This document shows, one piece after another, positions 20,101 through 29,344 of a stretch of 64,000 nt of DNA. Numbering within the stretch: position 1 is the first letter of the stretch; every line of letters starts with the position of its first letter. The notes below the pieces were generated by a model, which searched no databases, was not told the DNA's origin, and saw only the letters and a program-made list of their open reading frames with translations. Source of the DNA: Verrucomicrobiota bacterium (GTDB lineage Bacteria; Verrucomicrobiota; Verrucomicrobiia; Palsa-1439); the NCBI GenBank assembly GCA_037127585.1, contig JBAXYB010000004.1, positions 4,022 to 68,021 on the forward strand. Reading direction: 5' to 3'. Position numbers and translations under genes: made by a program.

Positions 20101-20589
20101 TTTAACTTCCACCGGCAACGCAAACCTGACGGGCTGTGTTTGGCCGACTACATCAATGCCCCACATGATTCCGTGGCGATGTTCGTCGTCGGTGCCGGCA
20201 CCGGCATCCGGCAACGCGCCGAGGAATACAAAGCGCAAGGTGAATACCTCAAGTCCCACGCGCTCCAAGCCCTCGCCATCGAGACCGCTGAAGGTTGTGC
20301 TGAGTGGTTGCACCGGCGCATCCGGGAAGACTGGGGTTTCCCAGACCCCGCCGACATGACGATGCTCAACCGGTTCACGACCAAATACCGGGGCCGCCGC
20401 TACAGCTTCGGCTACCCGGCCTGCCCCGCGCTCGAAGACCAAGCCGGCATCTGGAAGCTGCTCAAGCCGGAAGAGATTGGAGTTCAACTCACGGAAGGTT
20501 TCATGATGGACCCGGAAGCATCGGTAAGCGCTTTGGTATTCCACCACACCGATTGCGCGTACTTTGGGGTTGGCGATACCGGAGAGTAG
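17110..20589 (+). CDS. metH: cobalamin-dependent methionine synthase
   Basis: The 1160-aa protein from MSTDRTQLLFDALNQSILVLDGAMGTMIQ carries Hcy-binding, pterin-binding, B12-binding (DVHDIGKN) and AdoMet reactivation domains. Confidence 0.9.
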   Translation: MSTDRTQLLFDALNQSILVLDGAMGTMIQNRDLTAADFGGPALEGCNENLVLTRPDVIRDIHRQYYAAGAHIVETNTFGATPLVLAEYGLQDKCREINVAAARLAREAAIEFNGFVAGSIGPTTKAITVTGGVTFQQLVENFHAQALGLIEGGADLLLVETCQDTRNIKAALIGIAQTGSKIPVMVSGTIEPMGTMLAGQAAEALVASLQHVELLAIGLNCATGPEFMTDHIRTIHQMTNARVSCYPNAGLPNEEGLYLETPTSLATALERFVKNGWLNIIGGCCGTTPAHIKAIAEMVAGKEPRRHRGERKSWYSGIELVEASDDTRPLIVGERTNEVGSRAFKRLITEEKFEEASEIARAQVKHGAHIIDINLENTDRDELLDIDRFYEKVIHKVKAPIMIDSTNPKSVERALTYCQGKSIINSINFEDGEEKFNHILPLVHRYGAAVIIGSIDEDKLQAQAITRERKLAIAQRAHKYCIEHGIPEEDLIFDPLVFPCATGDENYIGSAVETIEGVRLIKENLPRCKTVLGVSNVSFGLPAAAREVINSVFLYHCSRAGLDLAIVNAEKLERYPSIPDVEKKLTEDLLHNYPPAGMDAPKDYRQQTKEQRAAINQHHIAAISEHFRGAESRVKKKTSDLPLDGRLANYILEGTKEGLIPDLDLKRAEGATPLDIINGPLMDGMKEVGRLFNANELIVAEVLQSAEAMKAAVNHLEQFMEKKSDSTKGKVLLATVKGDVHDIGKNLVEIILSNNGFHVINLGIKVPPEDLIKAYKEHQPDAIGLSGLLVKSAQQMVITAGDLKQAGITVPMLVGGAALSDKFTRNRIAPSYEQVVIYCKDAMTGLAMMNNLMDPAQREKVVEAHKPVAVAVVEPEAEEFPETTHRSIRIHEELPLPVPYPDRKVRDVPQLREIWEYINPQMLYVRHLGFKTNYEKALAARDPKALELYNLVEEVKVEAAKFMKVKAVWQFFEAEVDGNSIKLFSPPRPLAAAPIHVFNFHRQRKPDGLCLADYINAPHDSVAMFVVGAGTGIRQRAEEYKAQGEYLKSHALQALAIETAEGCAEWLHRRIREDWGFPDPADMTMLNRFTTKYRGRRYSFGYPACPALEDQAGIWKLLKPEEIGVQLTEGFMMDPEASVSALVFHHTDCAYFGVGDTGE

Positions 20590-20803
20590 ATGTCCAAGTA
20601 TTGCGAGCTCTGACAGGTCTTGGTAGGATGTTGGTCGATGAATCTGCACCTCGACGAAACGATCCGCCGCAGACGCCCGATGAACGCGTCGAGACGTTGA
20701 TGGCTGCACTACGGGAGGTCGAAGCGCGCGGAATGTGGCCGAGGATTGATCGCAAAGCTAAGGAGCAGCGCATTATTCAGGGCCTTCATGCTGCTCGGAT
20801 TGC

Positions 20804-21001
20804 CCGGAAGAAATCGGCGTGCAGTTGACCGAAGGATTCATACTGAACCCGGGAATCGAGCGACGAGGGCAGTAGCGAGATGACGTTGTGTCGTTTCAAC
20901 GCCCGAAGGGTGTTGCGCGCGGGAGCGAGCAACATCAACCCAGCGTCAGCGCACTCGTGTTTCACCACCCCGATTGCGCGTACTTCGGCGTCGAGACGTA
21001 A
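20804..21001 (+). pseudogene. degenerate second copy of the metH 3' end
   Basis: It reads CCGGAAGAAATCGGCGTGCAGTTGACCGAAGGATTCAT...GTGTTTCACCACCCCGATTGCGCGTACTTCGGCGTCGAGACGTAA. This parallels the metH terminus (EEIGVQLTEGFMMDP...VFHHTDCAYFGVGDTGE*) with an internal indel of about 100 bp. Confidence 0.6.
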
Positions 21002-21041
21002 CGGAATAAACCACAGAGGCACAGGGGTCGCAGAGTCGTTG

Positions 21042-21066
21042 GTAGGGACGGCTCGCCGAGCCGTCC
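21042..21066. repeat. single REP unit (GTAGGGACGGCTCGCCGAGCCGTCC)
   Basis: GTAG is followed by a perfect 10-nt hairpin, about 55 bp upstream of the TA operon. Confidence 0.5.
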
Positions 21067-21119
21067 GCTCTGGCAGACTCAATCTTGATTACCGGGCCAC
21101 AGCCAGTTAATCTATCGAC

Positions 21120-21302
21120 ATGGCTACGGCAAACATCAAGGCTGACTTGAAAGAGATTGCGGAGCACTTACCGGTGACGTCTTCCTACACGGATGCGATG
21201 TACGAGTTGTCCTTTCGCATGAAGATTACCCACGCGAAGCAGGCCGCCAATGAAGGCCGGGTTATCCCTCACGCGGAAGTGAAGCGAGGATTTCACCTAT
21301 GA
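21120..21302 (+). CDS. small antitoxin-like protein, a diverged member of the same family as the next gene
   Basis: The 60-aa ORF overlaps the next ORF by 4 nt. Its C-terminus (...EGRVIPHAEVKRGF) resembles the conserved C-terminus of putative addiction-module antitoxins. Confidence 0.35.
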   Translation: MATANIKADLKEIAEHLPVTSSYTDAMYELSFRMKITHAKQAANEGRVIPHAEVKRGFHL

Positions 21303-21532
21303 GCAAATCGGAGATTCTGAGCGAATTGCCGAACCTCAGCGCCAAGGAACGACGGGAGATTCTCGACAGTCTCTTGCAGCTTGAGGGCGCAGGCTGGCTG
21401 GATGCGGCTGATCTCACCGACGAAGAACGCCAACTCATCGAATCCCGTCTCGAAGCTCATCGCCAGAATCCTGACGCTGCCATCCCATGGGAAGACGTCG
21501 AAGCGAAACTGATCGCACGCTTCGGCAAATGA
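21299..21532 (+). CDS. type II antitoxin (putative addiction module component family)
   Basis: MSKSEILSELPNLSAKERREILDSLLQL...AAIPWEDVEAKLIARFGK matches the pattern of unstable-antitoxin families. The ORF overlaps the ParE gene by 4 nt. Confidence 0.6.
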   Translation: MSKSEILSELPNLSAKERREILDSLLQLEGAGWLDAADLTDEERQLIESRLEAHRQNPDAAIPWEDVEAKLIARFGK

Positions 21533-21840
21533 GCTACCGGCTCAACGCCCGTCCTGAAGTTTCTCCAGACATTCTCGAGGCCGCCGATTGGTACGAACGT
21601 CAGCAACCGGACTTGGGCGCGGACTTTGTCCGTGAAGTCCGACACAGTATCCAATCACTGCGCGTCAATCCCTTGCTGTACCGGATTCGACATGCAAAAT
21701 GGCGCGTCCGGTGGGTACTACTCCATCGCTTCCCGTATCAAATTGTCTTCGTCGTCGATGGTGAACTGATTACGATTCTTGCCGTGATGCACGCCAAGCG
21801 ACATGACCGCCACTGGCGTGAACGAGCGAAAGCCGGATGA
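21529..21840 (+). CDS. parE: ParE/RelE-family toxin
   Basis: The ATG at 21529 opens MSYRLNARPEVSPDILEAADWYERQQPDLGADFVREV...YRIRHAKWRVRWVLLHRFPYQIVFVVDGELITILAVMHAKR, a ParE fold pattern. Confidence 0.65.
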   Translation: MSYRLNARPEVSPDILEAADWYERQQPDLGADFVREVRHSIQSLRVNPLLYRIRHAKWRVRWVLLHRFPYQIVFVVDGELITILAVMHAKRHDRHWRERAKAG

Positions 21841-21890
21841 GCCGCCTCCGAATATTTCTTAAGCGCTTGCCCCGAATCCTTTTCGGGGTC

Positions 21891-21953
21891 AGCGCGCTGG
21901 TGTTCCATCACACGGATTGCAACTATTTTGGCGTGGGTGATGTAGGCGATTAA
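21891..21953 (+). pseudogene. third copy of the metH 3' end (SALVFHHTDCNYFGVGDVGD*)
   Basis: It is nearly identical at the peptide level to the metH terminus SALVFHHTDCAYFGVGDTGE*, and sits immediately after the parE stop. Confidence 0.65.
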
Positions 21954-22028
21954 GATAGGCACGGGCTTGTGCCAACTGAAGTTTTCACAATCAGTCTAAT
22001 TTCTTCATGTGCGAGGCGATCTTGCATA

Positions 22029-22139
22029 GTGTCCTAATCTGGACCGACGTTGTAGCCGAAGCGTGAGCTTCGGGCGTCAGCATGCGAATCCCGAAGCTCA
22101 CGCTTCGGCTACAGGAAAGGCTGGGAGAAATTAGGACAC
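22029..22139. repeat. nested REPIN: two identical units (TGTAGCCGAAGCGTGAGCTTCGGG) inverted, inside an outer GTGTCCTAAT/ATTAGGACAC inverted repeat
   Basis: The inner arms lie at 22051-22074 and 22090-22113, and the outer arms at 22029-22038 and 22130-22139. Confidence 0.6.
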
Positions 22140-22183
22140 CACCGGGAGTTGCAATCGAAGTTCCCGACCACTAAAGTCCACGC

Positions 22184-22666
22184 ATGAAACTGAATCTGCT
22201 CTCGTTCACTACTTCCCTGGCTTTCTGCCTGATCGTCCTGACTTCGGCGTGCGCGAAGAGTGACGAGGCTTCGAATTCGAACGCACCGGCGCAAGCGCCG
22301 GCCAAAACTGAGCCGGCCAAACCGGCGACGGAGGTTAAGGTGACCGAGTTGAAAACTGAAGAGATCAAGGTCGGGACCGGCGCAGAAGCCGTGGCCGGCA
22401 AGACTGTGTCGGTGCATTACACCGGCTGGCTGGTGGACGGGACGAAGTTTGATTCGTCGAAAGATCGCGGGCAGCCGTTTAGTTTCCCGCTCGGCGGCGG
22501 GCGGGTCATCAAAGGTTGGGATCAAGGCGTGGCCGGCATGAAAGTCGGCGGGACGCGCAAGCTCACCATCCCGGCCAGCCTCGGCTACGGCGACCGGGGT
22601 GCTGGCGGCATTATTCCTCCCGGCGCGACGCTGGTATTCGAGGTCGAGTTACTCGGCGTGAATTGA
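22184..22666 (+). CDS. FKBP-type peptidyl-prolyl cis-trans isomerase, likely a lipoprotein
   Basis: Lipobox LTSAC; FKBP motifs [14 protein letters not shown] and [27 protein letters not shown]. Confidence 0.8.
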   Translation: MKLNLLSFTTSLAFCLIVLTSACAKSDEASNSNAPAQAPAKTEPAKPATEVKVTELKTEEIKVGTGAEAVAGKTVSVHYTGWLVDGTKFDSSKDRGQPFSFPLGGGRVIKGWDQGVAGMKVGGTRKLTIPASLGYGDRGAGGIIPPGATLVFEVELLGVN

Positions 22667-22673
22667 ACCGGCG

Positions 22674-23573
22674 TTAGACTTCCGTCGCGACCCAGTGACC
22701 GGGTTCGGCTTCCCGCCAATCAACCGGCTTGTCTTGAACGCGGCGCCGCGCTTCTTCTGGCGAAATATCATCGAGCACAATCCGTTGCCGGCGCCGGGCG
22801 GGGTCGATGTCCGGGACCGCCGACAGTAACGCTTGCGTGTAACGATGCAGCGGGTTCGAGTAAATCTGCTCGGCACTGGCTTCCTCGACGATTTTGCCAA
22901 AATACATCACCAGCACGCGGTCGCTGATGTGTTCGACAACCGCTAAGTCGTGCGCCACGAAAAGATAAGTGAGCTTGAATTTTTCCTGGAGGTCTTGCAG
23001 GAGATTGATGATCTGCGCTTGGACGCTGACGTCGAGCGCACTCACCGGCTCGTCGCAGACGATGAACTTCGGTTGCACCGCCAATGCGCGGGCAATGCCG
23101 ATGCGTTGACGCTGGCCGCCGCTGAACTCATGCGGATACCGGCGCGCGTGCTCGGGGGCGAGGCCGACCGACTTCAACAAGTCAGCAACCCGGTCGCGCT
23201 CTTCCGCTTTGCCGGTGCAGAGTTTGTGAATGCGGAGCGGTTCGGCGATGATGTTGCCGACGGTCATGCGCGGGTTGAGCGAACCGTACGGGTCTTGGAA
23301 AATCATCTGCGCTTGCCGGCGAAAGGCGCGCATGTCGGTGATGGGTTGACCGGCAAATTGGACTTCGCCGGCAGTCGGTTCGATCAACTGGAGGATTGTG
23401 CGCCCGAGGGTTGTTTTGCCGCAGCCAGACTCGCCAACCAGACCGACGCACTCGCCTTCATTGATGGCGAACGACACGCCGTCGACTGCTCGCACCCAGC
23501 CGACCGGACGTTGCAGGATGCCGGCTTTGATGGGGAAATGCGTCTTGAGATCTTTGACTTGGACGAGGCTCAC
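22674..23573 (-). CDS. oppF: oligopeptide/dipeptide ABC transporter ATP-binding protein (OppF-type)
   Basis: Walker [10 protein letters not shown], the LSGGQRQR signature, and the C-terminal oligopeptide-ABC extension are present. A GTG start overlaps the oppD stop. Confidence 0.8.
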   Translation of the reverse strand: MSLVQVKDLKTHFPIKAGILQRPVGWVRAVDGVSFAINEGECVGLVGESGCGKTTLGRTILQLIEPTAGEVQFAGQPITDMRAFRRQAQMIFQDPYGSLNPRMTVGNIIAEPLRIHKLCTGKAEERDRVADLLKSVGLAPEHARRYPHEFSGGQRQRIGIARALAVQPKFIVCDEPVSALDVSVQAQIINLLQDLQEKFKLTYLFVAHDLAVVEHISDRVLVMYFGKIVEEASAEQIYSNPLHRYTQALLSAVPDIDPARRRQRIVLDDISPEEARRRVQDKPVDWREAEPGHWVATEV

Positions 23574-24520
23574 AGTTTCTCCCAGTAGGGACAGCGAACG
23601 TTGTCGATTAACTGCGGCTCGGGGTCGCGCGAGCAATCCGGTTGGACGCGGTCGCAGCGCGGGGCGAATTTGCAGCCCGCCGGTAGACGCGCAGCGCTCG
23701 GGACTGTGCCCGGGATGGATTGCAGCCGGGCAGCGCGTTCGCCGAGACGTGGAATGGAACGCATCAGTGCGGCGGTGTAGGGATGGCGGGGATTCTTGAG
23801 CAGTTCGGCAGATGGTGATTGTTCGACGACGCGGCCGGCGTACATGACGCAGACGTTGTCGGCAATGTCGCCCACGATGCCGAGGTTGTGGGTGATGAGC
23901 AGGATGCTCATGCCGATCTCGCGTTTCAGATCTCTGAGCAAGTCGAGAATCTGCGCTTGAATGGTCACGTCGAGCGCGGTGGTCGGTTCGTCGGCGACGA
24001 GCAAGGCCGGGTTGCAGGCGAGGCCCATCGCGATCATGACGCGTTGTTGCATGCCGCCGCTGAGTTGATGCGGGTAATCGCGCAGTCGCCGCTCGGGGTC
24101 CGGGATGCGGACGAGTTTCAAAAGGCGGACGACTTCGGCATCGGTTGCGGCCTCGGGCCGGTGGAGTTGGAGTACTTCCTTGATTTGATAGCCGATGCGG
24201 AAGACCGGGTTGAGCGAGGTGGCCGGCTCTTGAAAGATGTAGGAGATCTTCGCGCCGCGAATCGCGCGCAGCCGGTGTTTGTCCATCTTCAAAACGTCTT
24301 CACCGTCGAGGAGGACTTCGCCGCCTTTGTAAACGCCGGGCGGTGTGGCGACCAGTTTACCGAGCGCCAAGGCCGTCACGCTTTTGCCGCAACCGGATTC
24401 GCCGACGAGCGCGAGGGTCTCGCCTTTCTTGATCGCGAACGAAACGCCGTCGACAGCGCGGACTTCGCCTTCGTCGGTGAAGAAGCTGATTTGTAAGTTT
24501 TTGACTTCGAGCAGGCTCAT
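23570..24520 (-). CDS. oppD: oligopeptide/dipeptide ABC transporter ATP-binding protein (OppD-type)
   Basis: The N-terminus is [13 protein letters not shown], with Walker [10 protein letters not shown] and the LSGGMQQR signature. Confidence 0.8.
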   Translation of the reverse strand: MSLLEVKNLQISFFTDEGEVRAVDGVSFAIKKGETLALVGESGCGKSVTALALGKLVATPPGVYKGGEVLLDGEDVLKMDKHRLRAIRGAKISYIFQEPATSLNPVFRIGYQIKEVLQLHRPEAATDAEVVRLLKLVRIPDPERRLRDYPHQLSGGMQQRVMIAMGLACNPALLVADEPTTALDVTIQAQILDLLRDLKREIGMSILLITHNLGIVGDIADNVCVMYAGRVVEQSPSAELLKNPRHPYTAALMRSIPRLGERAARLQSIPGTVPSAARLPAGCKFAPRCDRVQPDCSRDPEPQLIDNVRCPYWEKL

Positions 24521-25464
24521 TTGGTTTCCGCTGTTCGGAGTTTGGGGTCGAGGGCGTCGCGCAGGGCGTCGCCGAACAGGTTCAAGGCGAGCACGAGAAA
24601 GAACATGGCGGCGGTCGCGCCGGCCAGTTCCCACCAGTTCCCGAGCCAGAGGCGTTGTTTGGAGTCGTTGATGATCGCGCCCCAGCTCGGTTCGTTGGCG
24701 ATCCCGACGCCGAGGTAACTGAGCACGGCTTCGGTCAGAATCAAGCCCGGGAAGCGCAACGAGAAGTTGATGATGATCAAGTGCGCGACGTTGGGCGCGA
24801 TGTGCCGGAACATGATGGCGGTATCACTCACGCCGAGTGACCGGGCCGCGAGGACATACTGGCGTTCCCGGTGTTTCATGTATTCGGCGCGAATGAGCCG
24901 GCACAAGCCAACCCAGCCGGTAAAGCCCATGCCGACGCAGACGGCGAAGAGACCGCTGTCGACATACCGGGTGATGAATTGAAAGATTTCGTTGCGGTCA
25001 ACGGCGCTGCGCACCACGTAGGCGATGGCCATGATGAGCAGGATGCCGGGGACGGAGTCCACCACGGAGTAGAGATAAACGACGACCGTATCTACCTTCC
25101 GGCCAAAGTAGCCGGCCACGGCGCCGAGCGCGAAGCCGAGCGGGATGACGATGAACGACGTCAGCAGTCCGATCTCAAATGCGATGCGCGTGCCTTGGAT
25201 GATCTGGCTCAGATTGTCGCGACCGGCGAAGTTGGTGCCGAGGGGGTGCGCCGGCGACGGCGGGTGGTTGCGAATGTCGTAGTTGGATTCTTTGTACTGG
25301 GGCGTGACACCGCGCAGGCGGGCGTTCCAGAACGTTACTTCGGCATACATCCAGACAGCCGTATACGCGGCCAAGATCGCGAGACAGAGCAACGCGAGTT
25401 TGTTGCGGCGCAGTTGCCGCCAGGCGATGGACCACAAACCGGGATTGTTGGTTGCGTCGCTCAT
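24517..25464 (-). CDS. oppC: ABC transporter permease (OppC-type)
   Basis: A multi-pass membrane protein with the EAA-like motif region of the BPD_transp_1 family. The start is uncertain, either 25464 (MSDATNN) or 25491. Confidence 0.75.
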   Translation of the reverse strand: MSDATNNPGLWSIAWRQLRRNKLALLCLAILAAYTAVWMYAEVTFWNARLRGVTPQYKESNYDIRNHPPSPAHPLGTNFAGRDNLSQIIQGTRIAFEIGLLTSFIVIPLGFALGAVAGYFGRKVDTVVVYLYSVVDSVPGILLIMAIAYVVRSAVDRNEIFQFITRYVDSGLFAVCVGMGFTGWVGLCRLIRAEYMKHRERQYVLAARSLGVSDTAIMFRHIAPNVAHLIIINFSLRFPGLILTEAVLSYLGVGIANEPSWGAIINDSKQRLWLGNWWELAGATAAMFFLVLALNLFGDALRDALDPKLRTAETK

Positions 25465-26405
25465 TTGAGTCGGATGCGCGGATCGGCCCACGTGTAGGCG
25501 ATGTCGGTGGCGAGGTTGGCGACAACAAAGATGACCGAGCCGATGAAGGTGGTGGCGAAGATCACGTCTTCGTCGCCATTGAAGAGGGCATTGACGGTGA
25601 GCCGCCCGAGACCGGGAATGCCGAAGAAGTTTTCGAGCAGCAATGCGCCGGTATAGAGGAACGGGATGGCGACGATGACGTTGGTGAGGATCGGGATCAT
25701 GGCGTTGCGCAGGACATGCCGGAACAGGACGGTCCGCCCCGAAACGCCTTTGGCGCGGGCGGTGCGGACGTAATCCTGGTTCATCTCATCGAGCATCACC
25801 GTGCGGTAGAAGCGGACGCTGCCGCCGACTCCCGCGACGACGCCGATCAGCACCGGCAACACCAAGTATTGTGGGCCTTCAAATCCCCAGACTGGGAAGA
25901 GCCGCCATTCACTGGCGAGCCAGAATTGCGCGACCATGATGTAGACGAGCGAACTGATGCTCATCGCCATGACGGCGAGAACGACCAGGCTCCGGTCAAT
26001 CCATGCGTTCCGGTAATACGCCGCCAACAGCGCGAGCACAATCGCCAGCACCGTCTCGATGACGAACAGCGGCGTGGTGACACAGAGCGACGGCAGCAGT
26101 CCTTCGCGCAGCATGGTGCTGACGCGTTGTTTGGTGGTGATGGATTCGCCGAAATCAAGCCGCACCAGTTGGCCGCAGAGCCGCGGGAATTGGGCGTCGA
26201 ACGGATTGGAGAGATTCAGGAAGAGCGGTTTGTCGTAGCCGCGTTCTTTGCTGATCTGAGCGATACGGGCGGGAGTGGCATTCTTGCCGGCGATGCGGTA
26301 GGCGGGGTTGCCGCCGATGACGCGGAAGAGGAAGAACGTGATGAGCAGGACGCCGAGCGTGATTGGAATCACGGAAACTAGCCGGCGGATGATGTAGGCA
26401 ACCAT
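25461..26405 (-). CDS. oppB: ABC transporter permease (OppB-type)
   Basis: The N-terminus MVAYIIRRLVSVIPITLGVLLITFFLF is the canonical OppB/DppB form. Confidence 0.8.
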   Translation of the reverse strand: MVAYIIRRLVSVIPITLGVLLITFFLFRVIGGNPAYRIAGKNATPARIAQISKERGYDKPLFLNLSNPFDAQFPRLCGQLVRLDFGESITTKQRVSTMLREGLLPSLCVTTPLFVIETVLAIVLALLAAYYRNAWIDRSLVVLAVMAMSISSLVYIMVAQFWLASEWRLFPVWGFEGPQYLVLPVLIGVVAGVGGSVRFYRTVMLDEMNQDYVRTARAKGVSGRTVLFRHVLRNAMIPILTNVIVAIPFLYTGALLLENFFGIPGLGRLTVNALFNGDEDVIFATTFIGSVIFVVANLATDIAYTWADPRIRLK

Positions 26406-26411
26406 GGTCGT

Positions 26412-28154
26412 TCAGTGCGGCAAGACTTTGTAATACTTCCAGTTGGCGTATGGGAAGGCGTGTTGTTTGTAGTTCTGAAACCACGGCTGAAATAATCCAT
26501 AGGACAGCGGGTATGTCATCAACGCCCATACGCAGTCGTCGACCACGATGTCAGCCATTTTTTCGTAAAGCGCGGTGCGTTCGGGGGAATCCGGCATGGA
26601 CACGATTTGATCGTAGAGTTTGTCGAAGGCCGGATTTTGGTAATTGGTGGCGTTGACGCCGGGGCATTTGTTGGGGCCGTAGAAAAGTTGGAGGAGATTT
26701 TGCGCGTCCGGATAGTCGATCACCCAAACGGCCCAGAAGATCTGCGTTTCGCCTTCGTGTTCGCGACGGAGGTATTCGGAGCCGGCCAGTTGTTGGACGA
26801 CAAGATCGACGCCGATGGCGCGGAGTTGTTCGGTGTAGAAATCCGCTGCTTGCCGGACATCGGTGCTGCCGGCGCCGGGCATGATCATCGTGAGTCGCAA
26901 TTGCCGGCCTTGGTCATCCTTGCCGCCGGGGTAACCGGCTTCGGCCAAGAGTTGCTTGGCGCGAGCGAGATTGAATTGGTAGGGATACGGCTTGGCGACG
27001 TGACCGGCGATGCCGGGCGGGATTGGCGAAGTGGCGGGAGTGTGGCGGTTGTTGGTAATGACTTCGACGTAACGCGGCACATTGACGGCGGTGGCGAATG
27101 CTTGCCGGAGTTTCTTATTCTTGCCGACGACCGGGTCGAGCATGTTGAAACCGAGATAGTAGATGTCGAGCAGCGGCGCTTTCAGGAGGCGGATGCCGCG
27201 CTGTTTGAGCGTATCCGTCAGTTCGAGTTGCGGGTCGATGACTTTCTCGAAGTAATCTTTGTTGATGCCGGCGGAGAACAATTGGCCGCCGAGAAACATC
27301 TGCCACGTCGTGTAATACTCGCGAATGTCGTACTCCACGATCCGGTCCACCAAGGGCAACGGCTTACCGGCATCGGCCAGCAGTCCCGCCGCCCGGTCGT
27401 TCGCGTCGCCGGTGTCTGGGTATGTCTGGCCGCTGAAAGTCGGATTGCGTTCGAACTCGATCCGGTAATTGCGCCGCCAGGCTTTCAGGCGGAACGGGCC
27501 GGTGCCGACCGGGTGATTGCGGAATTCCGCCCCGTAGAAATCCACCGCTTCGCGCGGCAAGACGAACGTGTACTGCATCGTCAGCACCCAGAGAAGTTGC
27601 GGATAGGGCCGGTGGAGTTTGATCTGGAGCGTGTATTTGTCGAGCGCTTGAAAGCCGGGAATCGGGTCGCTGTAGTCCACGGCGGCCTTCGCATCTGCCC
27701 ACTTTTTGACCCAATCTTCCGCACCGAGGACGTGGTTGACGAACAGCCAGTCGCCCGCCGATTGCAGGCGCGGATTCAACACGCGTTTCCAGGAGTAGAC
27801 GAAATCGTCGGCGGTCACCTCGCGTCCCTTGCCGCCGGGGAAACACTTGTCGTCCGGGAAACGCACGCCGGGTTTAAGCTTGAAGGTGTACGTCAGGCCG
27901 TCCGCCGCAACTTCCGGCATGGCCGCGGCCAACCTTGGGATGACATGATACGGGCGATCCAAATAAGAATACTCAAGCAACCCTTCGTAGACCCGCCCCA
28001 CTTGGTCAGCGGACTCCACGTCGTTGGCGTCCACCGGGTCGAAACCCTTGAAGTCACCCCCGGTGCCATACAGCACCGTCTCCGCCGCGCCGCCGGCCGC
28101 CGATGCCAGCGTCGTTAAGACGACGAGCGCAAGCACGCAGCGGCGAGCTGTCAT
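26412..28154 (-). CDS. oppA: ABC transporter substrate-binding protein, family 5 (peptide/nickel type)
   Basis: A signal peptide precedes a periplasmic solute-binding protein of about 560 aa, encoded at the head of the permease/ATPase genes. Confidence 0.8.
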   Translation of the reverse strand: MTARRCVLALVVLTTLASAAGGAAETVLYGTGGDFKGFDPVDANDVESADQVGRVYEGLLEYSYLDRPYHVIPRLAAAMPEVAADGLTYTFKLKPGVRFPDDKCFPGGKGREVTADDFVYSWKRVLNPRLQSAGDWLFVNHVLGAEDWVKKWADAKAAVDYSDPIPGFQALDKYTLQIKLHRPYPQLLWVLTMQYTFVLPREAVDFYGAEFRNHPVGTGPFRLKAWRRNYRIEFERNPTFSGQTYPDTGDANDRAAGLLADAGKPLPLVDRIVEYDIREYYTTWQMFLGGQLFSAGINKDYFEKVIDPQLELTDTLKQRGIRLLKAPLLDIYYLGFNMLDPVVGKNKKLRQAFATAVNVPRYVEVITNNRHTPATSPIPPGIAGHVAKPYPYQFNLARAKQLLAEAGYPGGKDDQGRQLRLTMIMPGAGSTDVRQAADFYTEQLRAIGVDLVVQQLAGSEYLRREHEGETQIFWAVWVIDYPDAQNLLQLFYGPNKCPGVNATNYQNPAFDKLYDQIVSMPDSPERTALYEKMADIVVDDCVWALMTYPLSYGLFQPWFQNYKQHAFPYANWKYYKVLPH

Positions 28155-28546
28155 TTTTCAGGAGCAGGGGCGGGTTGCGGCGTAGCAGCCGGCAGGGCTG
28201 GCGCAATGGGGGCGGCCGTGCCGGAGTTCGGCATCGGGAACGCCGGCGCACTCGCCGGGGCGACGGGAGCATTCTTAATCGCCTTCTCCATCAACGACTC
28301 ATTGCCGCTGCGCCGGGAATGCAGCACCGCCAAAATCAACGTCGTCCCCAGCATGATCGACGCGCACCAGATCGTGATCCGCACCAGGGCTGTGGTCGTA
28401 CCGGCGCCGAAGACGGACTCGGTCATCCCGCCGCCGAAGGCCGCGCCGACACCTTGGTCTTGCGACTTTTGCATCAAGACCAACACAATTAAAATCAGCG
28501 CCACGATCACGTGGACGGTTGTCAATAATCCAATCAATATGTTCAT
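28151..28546 (-). CDS. secG: preprotein translocase subunit SecG
   Basis: MNILIGLLTTVHVIVALILIVLVLMQ...GGG is a SecG transmembrane pair with the Gly-rich loop. The gene is downstream of tpiA as in many bacteria. Confidence 0.75.
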   Translation of the reverse strand: MNILIGLLTTVHVIVALILIVLVLMQKSQDQGVGAAFGGGMTESVFGAGTTTALVRITIWCASIMLGTTLILAVLHSRRSGNESLMEKAIKNAPVAPASAPAFPMPNSGTAAPIAPALPAATPQPAPAPEK

Positions 28547-28579
28547 ATTTTTTCTTAATCCTAATCTTACTCCTACTCT

Positions 28580-29344
28580 TTACGCTGCTGCTGCTTTCAC
28601 GATTGCCGAGAAATCCGCGGCTTTCAACGCCGCCCCGCCCACCAGCGCACCGTCGATGTCCGGCTGGCTGAGCAACTCCTTCGCATTATCCGGCTTCACG
28701 CTACCACCGTATTGAATGCGAACTTTTTCTGCCGCATCGCCGAAAAGTTCCTTCAACAACTGACGGATCAACGCATGCACTTCTTGCGCTTGCGCCGGGG
28801 ACGCTGTTTTACCGGTGCCGATGGCCCAGACCGGTTCGTAGGCGATGACGGTGGCGAGAATATCATCTTTACTGAATCCGGCAAGGCTGCCGCGCACCTG
28901 CCCGGCCACCACGGCTTCCGTCTGACCGGCTTCGCGGTCGGCCAACATCTCGCCGACGCAGACAATGGGGTGCAATCCGTTGGCCAACGCCGCTTTCGCG
29001 CGCTTGTTCACGCCGGCATCGGTCTCGCCGAAGAACTGCCGGCGTTCGCTGTGACCGACAATGGCGTACCGGACGCCGTGCTCTTTGAGCATGGCCGGCG
29101 CAATCTCGCCGGTAAACGCGCCTTCTTTTTCCCAGTGAACGTTCTGCGAACCGAGCTGAATGTTCGAGCCGGCAATTGCCGCGTTGATAGCCGGTAAGGA
29201 GATAGCGGTCGGGCAGACGACAATTTCGGCTTTGGTGATGCCGGCAACTTCCGCTTTGAGGGCGTTGACGAGCGCGACGCCTTCGGCGGACGTCTTATAC
29301 ATCTTCCAGTTACCGGCGATGATGGGTTTACGATTGGTATTCAT
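28580..29344 (-). CDS. tpiA: triosephosphate isomerase
   Basis: AGNWKMY, the catalytic His region GHSERR, and [11 protein letters not shown] are all present. Confidence 0.9.
   Translation of the reverse strand: MNTNRKPIIAGNWKMYKTSAEGVALVNALKAEVAGITKAEIVVCPTAISLPAINAAIAGSNIQLGSQNVHWEKEGAFTGEIAPAMLKEHGVRYAIVGHSERRQFFGETDAGVNKRAKAALANGLHPIVCVGEMLADREAGQTEAVVAGQVRGSLAGFSKDDILATVIAYEPVWAIGTGKTASPAQAQEVHALIRQLLKELFGDAAEKVRIQYGGSVKPDNAKELLSQPDIDGALVGGAALKAADFSAIVKAAAA

Noticed and set aside
20590-20803. Small ORFs between metH copy 1 and copy 2, for example the 42-aa MAALREVEARGMWPRIDRKAKEQRIIQGLHAARIARKKSACS.
   Set aside because: It reads through into the degenerate metH-end copy, so it is probably a remnant rather than a gene. 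It could be the tail of a lost antitoxin-like gene, but the evidence is too thin.
20304-20828. A 174-aa ORF bridging the metH end into the downstream remnant.
   Set aside because: It runs in an alternative frame across the metH terminus and the degenerate repeat with no motifs. The region is better explained as decayed insertion scar.
21942-21975. An additional GTAG-like element at the end of the third metH copy (tgtaggcgattaagataggcacgggcttgtgcc).
   Set aside because: It has only a 5-nt stem (ggcac/gtgcc), too weak to call a REP unit. The strong elements nearby are the nested REPIN at 22029-22139 and the ccccgaa/ttcgggg hairpin at 21870-21890.
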